From the NCBI RefSeq assembly GCF_000406145.1, contig NZ_CM001976.1:4425175-4457174 (forward strand): a stretch of DNA of 32,000 nucleotides. The letters run 5' to 3'. The notes beneath the pieces were generated by a model that searched no databases, was not told where the DNA came from, and saw only the letters and a program-made list of their open reading frames with translations. Numbering within the stretch: the stretch's first letter is position 1; every line of letters begins with the position of its first letter. The translations under genes were made by a program, and so were the position numbers. The stretch is from Dickeya dadantii NCPPB 898 (GTDB lineage: Bacteria > Pseudomonadota > Gammaproteobacteria > Enterobacterales > Enterobacteriaceae). Of the stretch, positions 29,211 to 32,000 are shown piece by piece.

Positions 29211-29948
29211 CGATTCTGGTTACCCGTCCCTCCCCTGCGGGTGAGCAGTTGGTAGCCCGTCTCAGAATGGCAGGCCAGCAGGCCTACCACAGTCCATTAA
29301 TCGAATTTTCCCCGGGCGGCGAATTACCGCAGTTGCCCGCCATGCTACAAGCGCTGCGCCCCGGCGATCTGGTATTCGCCCTGTCGCAACAGGTTGTGGA
29401 ATACGCGGACCCGGTGCTATCGCGCGCCGGAACCGGTTGGCCTAAAGCGCTCACCTATTTTGCGGTGGGGCGCTCCACCGGGCTGGCGCTGCATACCGTC
29501 AGCGGTTTGCCGGTGCACTACCCGCCGGAGCGCGCGACCAGCGAAACATTATTGCAGTCGCCGGCGCTACAGCAGGTAACCGGCAAGCAGGCGTTGTTAT
29601 TACGCGGCAACGGCGGCCGGGAACTGCTGGGCGATACGTTGCAGCAGCGCGGCGCACAGGTACGTTATTGCGAATGCTATCAACGCAATCCAGTGGTTTA
29701 CGACGGCGCGGAACAGTGCCAGCGCTGGCAACGTCTCGGCATCGATACGCTGGTGATCACCAGCGGAGAAAATGCTGCAACAGTTCTATACTTTAGTGCC
29801 TGATTATTATCGAACTGCCTGGCTACCGGGTTGCCGGGTCGTCGTCGTCAGCGAGCGTCTGGCCGACATGGCCCGCGAGTTGGGCTGGAGTGATATTCGG
29901 ATCGCCGATAATGCGGATAACGATGCGCTGATGCGGGCGCTGCAGTGA
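29207..29948 (+). pseudogene. hemD: Uroporphyrinogen-III synthase hemD, interrupted by a 1-nt insertion (frameshift) as the sequence stands
   Basis: ATG 29207 overlaps the hemC stop (ATGA). [20 protein letters not shown] matches E. coli HemD up to ...VITSGE. The frame then reads NAATVLYFSA and stops at 29801-29803. Shifting +1 at the A4 run 29769-29772 gives MLQQFYTLVPDYYRTAWLPGCRVVVVSERLADMARELGWSDIRIADNADNDALMRALQ* (stop 29946-29948). That aligns with the E. coli C-terminus EMLQQLWSLIPQWYREHWLLHCRLLVVSERLAKLARELGWQDIKVADNADNDALLRALQ. The span is 742 nt, which is 246 codons plus stop plus 1 extra nt. Confidence 0.9.
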
Positions 29949-30049
29949 CGCAGCTAGTGTCGCTACATAGCTAATGTCGTCACCGTGACACAACTAACCA
30001 GATAGTAACCCGGACAATTACCATTACCCTGATCATAGGATGTACTCAT

Positions 30050-31177
30050 ATGACGGAACACATTACCTCCTCAACGCCCTCCGAAGAGGTGGTCGAACGG
30101 GCTGAATCCACTCCTCCGCAAAAATCGCCGCCCGCCTCCGGTGCGCCGCGCCACGGTATTGTGCTGGGCGCCATCGCTATTGTGGTTTCGCTGGCGCTGA
30201 GCGGCGGCGTCTACTATTACGCCCACCAGCAGATGACGCGTCAGAGTACCGCACTGACCCAATTGCAGGATCAGTTGACTGCGCTGCAAAAGCAGCAATC
30301 ACAGGCGCAGCAGCAGTGGCAACAGACTCTGGATCAGCAGGCCAAAGCCCTGAGCGCCGATGAGCAGCGATTGGCGACCCTGACCCGGCAGGCCGGTGAA
30401 ATGCAGGAAAAACTGGCCACTCTCGCTAACAGCGACTCCAAAACCTGGCTGCTGGCGCAGGCTGATTTTCTGGTCAAACAGGCCGGACGCAAGCTGTGGA
30501 GCGATAAAGACGTCACCACCGCCGGTGCCCTGCTCAAAAGCGCCGATGCCAGCCTGGCGGACATGAACGACCCCAGCCTGATCGACGTGCGCCGGGCCAT
30601 CACCCATGATATCGGCATGCTGGCAGGCGTCAGTCAGATCGACTTCGACGGCATCATCCTTAAAGTGAATCAGTTGGCGGATCAGGTGGACAACCTGCGG
30701 CTGGCCGATACCGACTCCGACGAAGCGCCGATGGAAGAAAACGACTCGACGCTGTCGGCTTCGCTGAGCGAATGGCGGCAGAACCTGAGCAAGAGCTGGC
30801 ATAACTTCCTGTCGGACTTCATCACCATCCGTCGCCGCGACGACAGCGCCGAACCGCTGCTGGCGCCGAATCAGGATGTGTATCTGCGTGAAAACATCCG
30901 TTCACGCCTGCTGGTCGCCGCGCAAGCGGTGCCGCGCCACCAGAACGAAACGTACCGGCAATCGCTGGAAACGGCGGCGACCTGGATACGCGCCTACTTT
31001 GACGAAAGCGATCCGACCACCAAAGCGTTTCTGGACCAGTTGGACGCGCTGAGCCAGCAGTCGGTGGCGATGGATGTACCGAATGAACTGCAAAGCCAGC
31101 CGCTGCTGGACAAACTGATGCAAACCCGGGTCCGCAACCTGCTGGCGCAGCCGTCCGCCAAACCACAGGAGGGCTGA
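30050..31177 (+). CDS. hemX: HemX (uroporphyrinogen-III C-methyltransferase-like inner-membrane protein)
   Basis: 375 aa. N-terminal anchor helix ([22 protein letters not shown]), a Q-rich coiled-coil and a conserved position between hemD and hemY. Confidence 0.9.
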   Translation: MTEHITSSTPSEEVVERAESTPPQKSPPASGAPRHGIVLGAIAIVVSLALSGGVYYYAHQQMTRQSTALTQLQDQLTALQKQQSQAQQQWQQTLDQQAKALSADEQRLATLTRQAGEMQEKLATLANSDSKTWLLAQADFLVKQAGRKLWSDKDVTTAGALLKSADASLADMNDPSLIDVRRAITHDIGMLAGVSQIDFDGIILKVNQLADQVDNLRLADTDSDEAPMEENDSTLSASLSEWRQNLSKSWHNFLSDFITIRRRDDSAEPLLAPNQDVYLRENIRSRLLVAAQAVPRHQNETYRQSLETAATWIRAYFDESDPTTKAFLDQLDALSQQSVAMDVPNELQSQPLLDKLMQTRVRNLLAQPSAKPQEG

Positions 31178-31179
31178 AC

Positions 31180-32000
31180 ATGCTGAAGGTATTTCTGCTG
31201 TTTGTGGTGCTGATCGCCGGTATCGTAGTGGGGCCGATGCTGGCAGGCCATCAGGGTTACGTGCTGATCCAGACCGACAATTACAACATTGAAACCAGCG
31301 TCACCGGGCTGGTTATCATGCTGGTGCTGTTTCTGCTGGCGTTTCTGGCGGTGGAATGGCTGCTGCGGCGGGTGTTCCGCACCGGCGCCCGCACCCGCGG
31401 CTGGTTCATCGGCCGTAAGCGCACCCGGGCGCGTCAGCAAACCAAAGCGGCGCTGTTGAAACTGACCGAAGGCGACTATCTGCAGGTGGAAAAACTGCTG
31501 ACCCGCAATGCCGATCACGCAGAGCAGCCGGTGGTGAACTACCTGTTGGCGGCGGAAGCCGCCCAGCAGCGCGGCGACGAGTTCCGTACCCGACAATATC
31601 TGGAGCGGGCGGCGGAAATCGCCGACACGAATCAGTTGCCGGTGGATATCACCCGCGTTCGCATTCAACTGGCCCGTAACGAAGACCACGCCGCTCGTCA
31701 CGGCGTAGACCGTTTGCTGGAAGTGGCGCCGCGCCACCCGGAAGTCTTGCGGCTGGCGGAACAGGCGTTCCTGCGTACCCACGCCTACAGCGCTTTGCTG
31801 GATATCCTGCCCGCCATGCGTAAAACCCGGCTGCATGACGAATCCCAGCTGGATGAATTGCAGCAGCGCGCCACCATCGGTTTGATGGATCAGGCGATGG
31901 CGGAAGGCGGCAGCGAAGGGTTGAAACAGTGGTGGAAAAATCAGCCGCGTAAAGTTCGCCAGGCGCTGCCAATGCAGGTGGCCATGGCTGAACGGCTGAT
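31180..32000 (+). CDS. hemY: HemY (TPR-containing inner-membrane protein), 5' partial; continues past the window end
   Basis: The ATG is 2 nt after the hemX stop. MLKVFLLFVVLIAGIVVGPMLAGHQGYVLIQTDNYNIETSVTG is near-identical to E. coli HemY. The frame stays open to position 32000. Confidence 0.92.
   Translation, partial: MLKVFLLFVVLIAGIVVGPMLAGHQGYVLIQTDNYNIETSVTGLVIMLVLFLLAFLAVEWLLRRVFRTGARTRGWFIGRKRTRARQQTKAALLKLTEGDYLQVEKLLTRNADHAEQPVVNYLLAAEAAQQRGDEFRTRQYLERAAEIADTNQLPVDITRVRIQLARNEDHAARHGVDRLLEVAPRHPEVLRLAEQAFLRTHAYSALLDILPAMRKTRLHDESQLDELQQRATIGLMDQAMAEGGSEGLKQWWKNQPRKVRQALPMQVAMAERL

Noticed and set aside
29769-29772. Programmed ribosomal frameshift or transcriptional slippage in hemD
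   Set aside because: An A4 run is too short for efficient polymerase slippage. There is no known +1 slippery or stall context or downstream stimulator, and hemD is not known to be recoded. A sequencing error or a simple mutation is more likely.

Overview
Mostly core chromosome from a high-GC member of the Enterobacterales. The proteins are close to E. coli K-12 orthologues I know from memory. The organism is possibly a Pectobacteriaceae such as Dickeya, but that is unverified. Reading left to right: a structured 75-bp tandem repeat; the Fur-regulated sRNA RyhB; the glycerol-3-phosphate block glpCBA (-) and glpTQ (+); then a block syntenic with the E. coli yigL-hemY region: yigL, pldB, rhtB, rhtC, recQ, pldA, yigI, rarD, an AbrB-family membrane protein, corA, uvrD (with a LexA box), yigB, xerC, yigA, dapF, lptM, cyaY, cyaA (conserved TTG start), hemC, hemD, hemX and the 5' part of hemY. 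There are two real anomalies. (1) A sharply AT-rich, roughly 1.1-kb single-gene insertion lies between rhtB and rhtC. It abuts an ERIC element and encodes an orphan 296-aa protein that I cannot place in a characterised family. It is the only accessory DNA in the window and the best candidate for something novel. (2) hemD carries a 1-nt insertion in an A4 run that splits an otherwise full-length, well conserved reading frame. I saw no CRISPR array, tRNA, rRNA, transposase or integrase. All homology statements rest on remembered E. coli sequences and motifs, not on searches.
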